In this document: piece by piece, positions 1 through 16,991 of the stretch
How positions within the stretch are numbered: the stretch's first letter is position 1
How the letters are laid out: each line of letters starts with the position of its first letter
NCBI GenBank assembly: GCA_043228905.1
Contig: JBHGNT010000010.1
Coordinates: forward strand, 18,352,001-18,416,000
Direction: 5' to 3'
DNA from: Azolla caroliniana
Taxonomy: Eukaryota; Plantae; Polypodiophyta
Length of the DNA stretch: 64,000 nucleotides
The notes under the pieces: generated by a model
What the model was told of the DNA's origin: nothing
Seen by the model: the letters and a program-made list of their open reading frames with translations, nothing else
Database searches by the model: none
Translations under genes and position numbers: made by a program

Positions 1-439
1 AGTAACAAGGTTACACCAACTTCTATGCATGAAGAGAAATCTGGAAGCCCTATGCATATTAGAAGAATCCCATGAAGAATTCGTCTAGCTAGATTTAATT
101 TGGTGACATCAGATAAACAGATTGGATTTGATGTCAAGAAAATATGTTGTGCTCATGGTTGTATGTTGACGGGAACTCAACGCTCCTTATACGCAACGCT
201 CGGCCACAACCGAGCTTAGAATCATACACAGAAAACAGGAAACGAAAACACGCGACACAAAGGAGAGAAGAGTACACAGGATGTTTACGTGGAAAAACCC
301 AAATTAGGGAAAAAACCACGGCAGCCCACAGGCTGCAAACTATCACTATGCTAGAATGTACAACAGTGAGTTCACGGAGGCAACAACCTCGTGCTCACGA
401 TCTTCGCCACAGGCGGCGGTTACAGCAGAGGCAACGACC

Positions 440-442
<3 letters not shown>

Positions 443-506
<64 letters not shown>
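443..506. repeat. (TC)n microsatellite within the solo LTR
   Basis: Uninterrupted TC dinucleotide run. Confidence 0.95.
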
Positions 507-509
<3 letters not shown>

Positions 510-665
510 TACACTGTTACGCGCTCTCTCTTCTTGCACCAACAAGAAAATGACAACAACCATAACTATAAGTTTGCCCTAAGTCATATTTATACTAATA
601 TGACTTTTTGGCTATTTACAAATATAGCCTCGATGGACTCTTAGAAACATATTTACGAATATGTC

Positions 666-948
666 TCTTCATCCGGTGAGCATTCCTCACCGGGTCTGCA
701 CCATCCGGCTCTCCGTAGTCGGGTACTCCTCATCTGGTTCTCACCAGGCTTACACCATCCGGCTCTCCGTAGCCGGGTACTCCTCATCCGGTTCTCACCG
801 GGTCTGCACCATCCGGCTCTCCGTAGCCGGGTACTCCTCATCCGGTTCTCACCGGGCCTGCACCATCCGGCTCTCCGTAGCCGGGTACTCCTCATCCGGT
901 TCTCACCGGGTCTGCACCATCCGGCTCTCCGTAGCCGGGTACTCCTCT
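666..948. repeat. 54-bp tandem repeat (~5 copies) in U3 of the solo LTR
   Basis: Unit tctcaccgggtctgcaccatccggctctccgtagccgggtactcctcatccggt; appears as an 18-aa repeat in the ORF track. Confidence 0.9.
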
Positions 949-3660
949 TTCGGCCGAGATTGTTCGTCGGCACTGTTCTTCTCCCTTCCCATCCAGAGGG
1001 ACCTGTCCCCCAACATATGTCTACGATTGGAAAATCAAAGTTGCGAGAATTAAGGCGATACTATTTTTCGATGATTGGTGATGAGCAAGACAATTACCTC
1101 GGGTCACATATGCAACTAGTGTCTGACAAATGTATTGGGATCAAAATATCATTCGAGTATTATATCTTCCATGCGCAACAGATATGTAGAGTTGCATTCA
1201 AAATTGCGCTATGTGTTAGTAACATGCGGCTACATAGAGTACAACAACGTCTACTTAGCGGGGATCAGATGCTCAATTGTAAAGAGGTTCCACGTATGAA
1301 AGATGTAATTGGAAGACATGCTATTGGTTGGATGAAAAGTTACTTTCAGTTAAATTGTGAAGTAATGCCCACTACAGGTAGGATGCACCTCTCTGATAAT
1401 TACACACATCGGGAATTTTATGATGTCTATCGATTTGATAAGTCTGTCACATATAGCCAATTCACAAGATTATGGAGAGCTCGGTTTTCAAATGTTATCA
1501 TTCCACGTAAAGTACACATGGGGTATTGCTCCATTTGTGCAAATCTTAAAAGTTTGGCTAAAGGTGCAAAGACATCAATGGAAAAGGATATGAGTAAGAA
1601 GTTACTACAAGAGCATCATGAGGCACAATCGTTAGAACGAAAGAAGGTGATGCATCATAGAGAGAAGTGTTTGAAGAGGCCCGAACAATACATGTGCTTA
1701 ATGATAGATGGCATGGACCAGAAGAAGACATGCTTGCCGCATATGCGGAGGCTCCCCAAAGACATCAATGATGAGTGCCTTGTTAAAATGCACTTGGTGG
1801 GATGCTTGGCTTATAATAGGTTAGTTGGACCTCACGTCTTCATTACATACCCTAATGTTCACAATGACCCTAACCTAACAGTTACAGTGATTCACCGAGT
1901 TTTGATGTCTTGGGGCCAACCTTTCCCCCCTACTCTATACATTCAATTGGACAATACTGCTAGAGAGAACAAAAATTCAACTATGTTTGGCTATCTAAGT
2001 ATGTTGGTCAACCAAGGATTGTTTAGAAAAGTGAAAGTCAATTTTCTTTTGGTTGGCCACACACATGATCATATAGATAAGATGTTTAGCACATTCTCCT
2101 GACAATTGTCTTGGCATGATGCTTTCACATTACCTAAACTATTTGATGTTATTTGTGATGCATATACACCACGCCCAAAAGTGTTACACTTGAAGGAGGT
2201 ATATGACTTTAAGATATATATATCAGATGGGGGTGTTGGGAATGTTAAAGTGCTCACCCAGTTAAACAATATAAGCTTCAATCACATTTTTATGATAAAG
2301 AAAAATGAAATAAGTGGTTCTACGCTTTTGTATGCTAAACAATATTCATCTTCTACAACATGGGAACATGAAGGTGGTTGCCAGTTATTACTTTGTATGC
2401 CAAGTACAATTGTCCATGGAGCTAAGCAAATGCCAATTGAGAAGAAAGGACAGTTGCATAGTGACTTGGTATCGGAACAAAAACGGTTATGGCTCCAAGC
2501 CTTAGAAGAAAAAAGAAAGTATATTGAGGCTGCCAAGAAATATGCCGCACAACAAGACACGTCATGGTGGGATGTATTTTATAGTGATCAGAAAGGAATT
2601 ATAGACAATTGTGTATTTGGTGATAATTGGAATTTGGAAATGCCATTCACATGGTCGCTGCAACATGATCGTGTAAATAAAACTCCGGAGCAACCAGCAA
2701 ATGCAATTAATGATAGTTTGATCTATCCACAACAAAGAGACATTTATGTGGGACCAAGGATGACCAAAGAAGCCGAAGCTAGATGGCAAGGCAATTTGCA
2801 AGAGCTCACGGCGGGGATGTTGATTGCAACGCCAGCTGATGAGAACTCACATGGCCACCAATTTTGGGTTGGTAAAATTCTAGAAGTGCTAATGCATGAA
2901 ATAGAAAACACGATCAAGTCTATAAACGTTCATTGGCACAACACTAGAAGTGCAAATGCTTTTACAGGTAAGTATACATTGGAGATGATTGAATGCCCAA
3001 CAAGAAGGGGAGGTAGGAAGAGGAAGTGAAACATTCGTAACACCTCGACCCTTGATATCTCTGATGTGGATATCATCGTGTACGACTTCACTCTTACAAA
3101 AGTCGGACGATTAAGGAAGTCAACAATAGATATAATAAAAGAAAAATTACCATGTCTACAAGGTGGCTCGAGTCAAAGGCAAACGAGATCTGCTACATAT
3201 AATCTAGAGTCAAACCATTTGGTTTATGACGAAGATAATGCATTGATTGGTACATCCAAGGATGACGAGGAGGAATCGTCATTGTATATTAGTTATAGTA
3301 GTGATTCTCCATAAATAAGTGATCATGAATGTATTTTTGGCTATTAAGTGTAACTGCATTCCGCTTGTAACAAATTGAGTAATATAAAAGCATGTGTTTT
3401 GAATTCTTATGATTTCTAAAAAATCGTTTCTTATAAAATAACATTGGTTGTAAAGTTTGTGATATAAATTGAGAATGTAACTTTTTGAAATTCCTCTTTT
3501 TTTATTTACTTCTAAATCACAAAAATAGTGGATTTTTAACCTTTTTCATAGTATATTTGAACATGTATGATACTGGTATCAATGTGTTTTGTAAAATCAT
3601 TGAAAAAGCCCTAAAATCAACCAAAATATTCCTTATCCTTCCATTTATGCGCAATCCTTC

Positions 3661-4482
3661 CACTTGTGAACGCGAACGTGTTGTATCCCGAACGAACAAC
3701 AACAGAAGCCTGACACGAAGTCGGAGGAATGTATCCTCATAGGATACCCGTCCGCGAAGAAGGCATACAAGTGCTACAACCCTTCTACCCAAGCGGCTCA
3801 GGTGAATCAAGACGTAGTCTTCGACGAGTCTGCATCCTGGTACGCACTAGAGACAACTTCGACTCCAACTCCGCTCGACCCGGAATCCACCGAACAAGAG
3901 GTAGAAGATGGAGATCACTTCGAACACATGTTCGCAGAAAGTTCGATTATGGCAAGGCCTAGTGAGCCACAAGAGCCCCCACGCAACCCAAGCACGTCGC
4001 AGCCAAGTACGAACTTGGAGAAAGTCAAAGGTAAGATGCCCGAATACGAAGTCGACCATCCCGACAACAATGATTCGGATGGATCGGCTCCCTCACTAGA
4101 TAGTGAGTTCGGTGTACCCATCATGCGGACACCCGGAGTAAAGAAGGCGCTCACATCAGCGAGCGAAAAACTTTGACGCTCATCTAGAGCTAAGAACCTC
4201 GTCACTCGGCACGGCTACAATGAGTACATGGCCCATCATTACGCCTTCATGATGAAGGTAACGGCCGAACAAGAGCCTGAGAGCTCTACAGAGGTGGCTC
4301 GTAACCCACGATGGGTGGAAGTAGTCGACCTTCACCCACACACTACAAGCCTTCGTCACCGGCTTGAGGGGGAGGAACCGAGATTGCCACGGCGAAGAAA
4401 GTCGAAGGCCAGACGGAAGCACACAAAGCCGACAAAATCCAAAGCGTATGTCGGACGCCTCACACTTGAGCTTGAGGGGGCG
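3661..4482 (+). mobile_element. Ty1/copia internal remnant (integrase C-terminus to start of RT, then deleted up to the PPT)
   Basis: KSEECILIGY..KKAYKCYNP...DVVFDESASWY and AHHYAFMMKV..EPES; PPT gagcttgagggggcg directly before the LTR. Confidence 0.8.
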
Positions 4483-4915
4483 TGTTGAGAGATCAAGCTC
4501 AACTTGGTTTAGTTAGTTAGTCAACCATATAACTTCGTAGTTACTTAGATAGAATCTAGTTAGAAGTGTTGACTATAACGACTTAAATAGGACCTTGTAC
4601 TTAAGTAGGATATTCTAGATCCTCCACTCCCAGGGTCATTTAATATAGGACTTACACCTTGTACCTATATTATCCTCACACATGTGCACCCTTGCACATG
4701 AGATCTATATATACCTCATTGTAGGTATTTTTGTATTTGATGATCATAATGCTAATTTAATATACTTACTCATCCCCCATCTTGTGTTGTTCATAAGTGT
4801 ATCTCTCCTCTCTCTCTTCCTTTCACACACATATCACATAATCTTCCGCACTTAACTTAATCACATAATTAGGTACTAAATAACCCATACTTAATTACTT
4901 ACCTAATTCTTTACA
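4483..4915 (+). mobile_element. 3' LTR of the Copia remnant
   Basis: TGTTGAGAGATCAAGC...TTTACA, preceded by a PPT; a close second copy lies at 42869-43317. Confidence 0.85.
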
Positions 4916-4989
4916 CAACCAAGCCCCTTTATATTTGCCCTCGTTCAAGGAATTGAGCACTTGTGTGCTTTGTTCGCCAATAGTTGTGT

Positions 4990-5900
4990 TGCCTTAAGGA
5001 ACATCGACATCTTCTGACATCTTGATGCTTTCGCTTTCACACCTCTCCCTTGATAAGAAATCTACAACGGCATTGTTCTTGCCTTAGATGTGATGGACTT
5101 GCGGATTAACTTGATGTACATAATCCACCTTAACATGAATGGGGCATAGATAAGTCTGGCATTGCACCCCTAGATATCATCCCTGAAATTGGAAGGTAAC
5201 ATGTTTCAATCACCACCTATGTGTTGATTAGGTAATCGTTATTTGCATTCACACTTCATATGACACCCCACAACTGTTTTTTTATTTGGGCATATCCCCT
5301 TTGTCACTTACTAAGCACCTTGGCCCCAAACTTTATGGCATATTGGCCATCTTTTTCGTCCTCTTCGTATCATTAGTTAGTAGATGAGCATTCCTTCTTT
5401 GTAAACAACCTTCCTGGACGCCTATGTCCCTAGTAGCATCCCCTTCAATCTCTTTGTTGCCTCTATGTGATATTCTTCACATTTAAACTTTCGTCCGTTC
5501 TTGAGTTGCCCATTGAAGGGCTCAACCCTATGAGCATAATGAGATAGCCAAATGTGTTAGAATGCATTACCACAAGAATCTCTAATCACACCAACTGTTG
5601 ACTTCTCACCCAAAAACCTCATACATGCATCCTCTAATATTTGAGGACAGTGTTACAATTGGCAATATGATTAACTATGAAACGCATGCACCCATCCTCA
5701 TCCAAGGTCTTATCTTTTTCTCTTTTGGAGCACCCCTTTATTGGATGTCGTCAAAGAAAGACATGGTGGTGTCAAAGGACCTCCATGTAGAAGCTTTAAG
5801 TTCCACCTTTCTTTTCCCCTCTCATTTTTGTACATTTCACCTTTGGTATCGCCACATCACGATAACAATAGTGTATCATGTGTAGAATGATGTGATCTAT
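4990..5900 (-). pseudogene. Highly degraded gypsy pol relic related to the 44975-52461 family
   Basis: The reverse complement near 5100-5240 resembles the DYLIG..IIETDCLPILGM.SGCATPDL RNase H segment of that element; many stops. Confidence 0.45.
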
Positions 5901-7887
5901 GGATTCCAATGTTGTGTGTGATAGTGCATTAGGGTGTGGTGAATTACTATTTTCAAGATGAACTACTTTGGTGGGTGAGTGGGTTGGTGATGGTTGGGTT
6001 AATGTAGTGGGGAGAGAGCAGAGCATGTCACCTATGAACATAGGATGCACTATGTCGCTCACTAAGTCCATATGTACTTGCAAGCACATCTATGAAAGTA
6101 GGGATTCCTAATGCAACTAGCAAAATGTAGAGTTCAATGTCAGGAGTGGGAGTGGGAGTATTGTGATGGAATTTATACAAGGGGAAGTCAGAAATGAAGT
6201 GGTGGTCGTAGGTGTGGTGATATGGTATTTTGGTAGTGAGAGGTGATATATTGTTGTAATGATTAGTGTTTGAAATCTTGTTAATTGTATTAGTATTGAT
6301 GTTAGCAATATCAGTAGTGGTGGCATTAGTATTAGTATCATCTATGGTATTGTTAACTGCATTAATATAATTATTAGTAATATTGTTTTTCTTTTTACAA
6401 AAAAAATACTAATTTGCATTGCTTCACAAATTAGTTTTGATATTATTATCAATATGGGTGGTAACGAATGATGGATTATTTCGTTCTAAGTTTTCAAGAC
6501 TATCTGTCGTAGTAATGGTAGGCTAATGATTCACTGCATAGATGCATCCGACTTTACCTCAAAAATACAATTGGTGCCCTTCATTCAACATTGTTGGCCA
6601 ATTGAGATCCTCAACTATGGTTTCTAAATTCACATGTTGATTGCAATTGTCTTTAAAGGCAAACAAAACCAAATAGAGATAATAATCCTTGCTCTATAAA
6701 TTCCATTTCTTCGTAAAATCTTAGTGTAATGGGACAGAAATCATTCTACATTGAGTTAAAGAGGTATTGCAACTTCAACAGACTAGACATGACTATGTTG
6801 GCAATACAAACTTGGAGGCATAAAAATAGTCTAAGTTTGGTACAATTGTGATAAGTGGAACTTTAAGTAAAGTTTCATTAGTAGAGCCCAAGTAGACAAT
6901 AAGGGGAACATTTGGTCATTGATCAGTGGTCCACTTACAAGAAATGTGACATTAAATCATTTGAAAATAAGGCAAAAGTCCACTAAAGAAAATAATCTAT
7001 GTCTGGACAACCAAGGTCTTAACCCATGTACAAAAACCATCGGTTAAAACTCAAAACTCACATTTTCCGTGTATGCCGTCCAAGCTGTATAATATCTTGA
7101 ATCAGGCCAAATTTTGATCAGTCGATCACACTCTTCGAGTCCAAACTGTGCATCCAAATTATAATAGAAAAAGCAATATGTATGAACACAGGATGTTTAG
7201 CAAATCTAAGAACAAAGAAGCGCACGTACCCAGTTTCAGTGATTTCAGAACATACACCCCATGAATGGAAGAGGAAAAACAACACCGTAACAATTTTTTA
7301 TGGCTCTTTGATCATCAAGACATCAAGTACAGTAAGTTTGTGTATATCATCATTCCCCTCCGAGGGAATAGGAAATGAAAAAATAATCCGTAAGAAAAAC
7401 TATGCACATGATTTGTGTGCATGTCCTCTTATTGTATGCAAGTGCTTAGCACCGCAGAAGAAAGAAGAAAAACCAAAGAATTTTCCTTTTACCTCTCTAA
7501 ACCAGTAGTAAGAGAGTACATAAGGATATATTCTGTTTTGGTTTTTTACTTCTAAAAATGTGAAACTTTTGCTTGAATATGACAACAATGCAAATTCAAC
7601 CACAGCATCATTGATGTCATGTCAAGCATGAAGCCTCGTGAAAAATTGTGTTAGTGTTAGCTTTTTCTTGGGTAGATACTAATTCTTTTCTTCTAAGGAA
7701 TGTACAAGCATCAATCCAATCCACCTAGACGTCTAATATTCATTGCGATATCCTCCATCTCTGATCACAATCTCTTGGTGAGGAATAATTGTTTGTAATG
7801 ATAGCGGAGAGATCTTGCCAGTATTTTTGGTAAGGCAATGTCAACCCATTGTTATTGGGCTCAAATTCTTTTGGAAATATTCCGAAC

Positions 7888-13714
<5,827 letters not shown>

Positions 13715-14230
13715 CTATAGAGGCCTTTTCCATGATTTCTCGTGATAAATCTTTAATTTCTAGGTGCATATCCTATATCTTGCTGCATGGTTGCCTGGTA
13801 TAGATAGCATACATTGCAAGCCATAAAAGCAGATGAAAAATACAACCTTCCTAAACTGGAATAAAATTATTTAGACCCAGTGATCTCTAACAGTCACAAC
13901 ATTTGCTATCACCAACCACAATTGTGCAGCAAATAACCTGCAAACTTCAACGCAATAATACTACGATTTATAAGATCAGTGTTTCAGGGTACATATTCCT
14001 TTCTTTTAATAACATTTAACAGATTTAAAGGACACATTTTCCCTAATTTTAAAAAGCTATTCAGCAGGAAAACAAAAAGGTGAGGCCACAGTTACCAAAC
14101 TTGAGCACAGAGCCTTGACAATTAAGGTTAAGTATAGATGTTTAGTGGTACGAATCACCTAAATTTATATCAACGAAACAATAGTTCAGGTACAATAAAA
14201 AATATTCCTAAAACTTTCAATGTGATTATC

Positions 14231-14517
14231 ATATTATCTTGCTGTTTCTCGACTCTTCATGTCATGTAAGGATTATTCCATCAAATGAATTTTTTCTCTA
14301 ATTTGAGGCACATATTCCCTACCCTACATTTCAATCTGTTTCATAAAGGTAGAAAGAAAGTACCAAATCTCTCTGGACATATTATCTTGCAGTTTTTCGA
14401 CTCTTTATGTAAGGATAATTCCATCAAATGAATTTTTTCCTCTAATTTGAGGCACATATTCCCTACATTTCAAGCTGTTTAACAAAGGTAGAAAGAAAGG
14501 ACAAAATCTCTCTGGAC
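14231..14517. repeat. ~145-bp tandem duplication upstream of the JMJ coding exons
   Basis: atattatcttgc...aaatctctctggac present twice in tandem. Confidence 0.85.
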
Positions 14518-15759
14518 TTCGTGACATTTCCGCAGAAAAAATACATGATGTCAAAGCATATGTGTAATATGAACATTTTAAACTTTAACAATCGTCAGAT
14601 TTCTGCCAGAAAATATTCCTCGACTCCTGCAGCAAAGATTTGATTTCTGTTATATCGTGTTCTCTTGCCATATGGACTCCCTTAACATTTAAGGGATGAC
14701 GGAGACAGATATCCCTAAATTTCAACAGGTCTTATGGTAAAACTTCCTGTTATCTTGAAAAATACTTAATTCTCAGAGTTATCATATACATAATGCGCAC
14801 ATTACACGCGATTTTAGAAGACACAAGAATACACGATGTCATTAAAATCTGTTTGTAAGGCACATGTCCTCATCAAAGACGAAGTAAAACTTTAAATTTC
14901 TCATGTTACTATTGAAAATATATTATTTCTTTCACTGTTTCCATTCCCTAACATTTCGATCTACTTAAAAAAGAATGGACAAATGAATGTCTACTCATCA
15001 CGAATTCAAGATATCTTACCTCTTTAAAATCTACTAAAAAGAAAAATATAAGCCTTCAAACAAGAATGCAGGTAGTGAAAAGGATCAAAACGGAAGATAC
15101 AGTGGAAGAAAGAAGTGCATTTTTCACACACTTACTAGTTATGGGCAGTGGAAGAAAAAGGTCAAGTACACGAGGAAGAGGAAGAGGAAGAGGAAGATTA
15201 TAATGACGATAAGGAAGATTCTCCTGTTGAAGAAGAAAGATGAGGCACGTTCCTCCTGTTGAAGAAGAGAATAAGGATGAGGAAATATTATCTTCCTGTT
15301 GAAGACAAACGATGATTCCGTTGAAAAATAATGAAGTAGCAAGATGGCATCCCTATTGATGAAGAAATAACGATAGCTGTAGTCGAAAGGGAAGATAATC
15401 CTTCTGTTTACAAAGAGATGAGTAGAAAGGTATTTATCCTGTTGAAGAAAGAACAAGACCAATGATCCTCTAATTGAAGAAGAGAAATGCAAAAAGGCAG
15501 TTTTCCTGTGAAGGAGATAGATATCTAAAGATTAACACGGAAGTTGGAGACAGATGGTTTCTTGGTAAACGAAAATGGAAAGATGGATCTTCTCGTTCAA
15601 GATGTGAATACGAAGAGAAGGATGCTCCTTTCCTGTTGATGAAGAAGAAAGAAGCAGAAAAATGCTCCTCTCCTGTTAGTGACGAAGACATAAGAAGAAA
15701 GGGGGGTGCCCCTTCAATTAAAGAAGAAAATTTATTCTTTCCCGCTGAGGAAGGAGAAA

Positions 15760-16100
15760 GGGAGGAAGGCGACCATCTCTCCTGGCTGAAGAAGCAGAAT
15801 TTATCTTCTCCCGTTGAAGAAGAAGGGAAGGAAGGACGGTGATCATCTCTTCTGACTGAAGAGAATTGATCATATTCTGTTTATGAAGAAGAAGGAGGAG
15901 GAGGAGGAAGGAAGGCAGGTGACCATCTCTTCTGGCTGAAGAAAATTGATCATATTCTGTTCATGAAGAAGAAGAAGGAAGGAAGGCAGGTGACCATCAC
16001 TTCTGTCTGAAGAAAATTGATCATATTCTGTTGATGAAGAAGAAGAAGAAGGAAGGAAGGAAGGAAGGTGACCAACTCTTCTTGCTGAACTGGAAGAAAG
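15760..16100. repeat. GAA-rich ~60-70-bp tandem repeats in the probable JMJ 5' leader/intron
   Basis: Repeated gaaggcaggtgaccatctcttctggctgaagaaaattgatcatattctgtt units. Confidence 0.75.
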
Positions 16101-16419
16101 AAATCAATCAAAAGCCTAAGAGGCCATTAAATCCCTGTGAAGGAAGGAAGGAAGGAAGGAAGGCCACTGCCTGCAGAAGGAAACCCCGGATGTGAATCTG
16201 CGGCCATCTGTTAAGAGGAAGACCTGTGTTCGGAGGAAGAGACGATAGATCAGAGAAGAAGAAGAAGAAGCATCTGCATTGCAGAGAGAGATATGGAAGG
16301 AGGGGAGCTTCTTACTTCCCTGCGTCTGCAGAAAAAAGCAGAAGAAGAAGCAGAAGCAGCAGAAGCAGAAGGAAAAGAAAGAAGAAGAAGACAGAAGAAG
16401 ACAGAAGTGAAGGAAAAGG

Positions 16420-16800
16420 AAGGAGTGTCCGCGTTCACACCTGCCCGCCCAAAAGCGCGCCTGGCCATCTGCTCTGCGCGCGTTCACACATGTCCGCCCA
16501 ACTTGTGCGCTGGCCCGTGTGCGTTCACACCTGTCCATATCCATGTCCATCCAACGGCCATCGTGACACCGGTCGCCTGGCGCCAAATCCTAATCTACGG
16601 CGCACACAACTCTCCAAACCCCCATTTCTTTTCTTTTTTTTCTCTTATTCGGTCTTCTAATTGACCCGCACGTGTCAGTTTTAGCCTAGCCCCCTCTCGT
16701 TTCATATTATTCTAATTGACTTGCACGTGTCGGTTTAGCGCCTCCCCAAAATGTCCGCGTTCACACCTTGATGGCCGGCCCCTGAAACGTGTGGGCCAAA
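16420..16800 (-). promoter_or_regulatory. Probable proximal promoter of the JMJ gene
   Basis: GC-rich island after a sense-strand CT-rich leader. Duplicated ttctaattgac..gcacgtgtc (G-box/ABRE) at ~16655 and ~16710; four GCGTTCACAC motifs; TGGGCC site II at ~16791. Confidence 0.5.
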
Positions 16801-16931
16801 TTTTACGTGAATTTTTGGCCCTTTCTCTCGTGGCCTCCCCCAGCTTGGGCTAATGCAAAAATGCTGGTTTCTTTCTTTTCTTGTGACCTCTCACCTACCT
16901 ACTATACACACACACACATCACATACATACC

Positions 16932-16934
<3 letters not shown>

Positions 16935-16988
<54 letters not shown>
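16935..16988. repeat. (TC)n microsatellite
   Basis: Dinucleotide run. Confidence 0.95.

Positions 16989-16991
<3 letters not shown>

Larger units (their letters stand above)
164..1015 (-). mobile_element. Solo LTR (Copia-type) inserted in the transposase
   Basis: TGTTG...CAACA termini. An equivalent reading is a 5-bp TATGT duplication with the element starting at 167. GTGGAAAAACCC...GGGAAAAAACCAC motif, minus-strand TATAAATA near 587-594. Excision restores the host frame. Confidence 0.8.
1..3314 (+). pseudogene. Sola-like (DUF7869-type) DDD transposase, decayed and interrupted by a solo LTR
   Basis: Motifs CLMIDGMDQ, LYIQLDNTARENKN and FLLVGHTHDHIDKMFS. One frame runs through in-frame TGA stops at 73, 2100 and 3027 (consistent with CGA>TGA). 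Removing the 164-1015 insert restores ...KKICCAHGCMSTIGKSKLRELRRYYF. The element appears to end near 3660; the left end is outside the window. Confidence 0.7.

Noticed and set aside
144-1053. ORFs with SLSL runs or 18-aa repeats
   Set aside because: Artefacts of the microsatellite and the 54-bp repeat in a solo LTR.
15020-15030. Possible 11-nt micro-exon (AG...GTAAG on the minus strand) in the JMJ leader
   Set aside because: Splice-like flanks only; cannot be supported without transcripts.
15139-16664. Several ORFs upstream of the JMJ gene
   Set aside because: Low-complexity GAA/CTT sequence with no recognisable domain.
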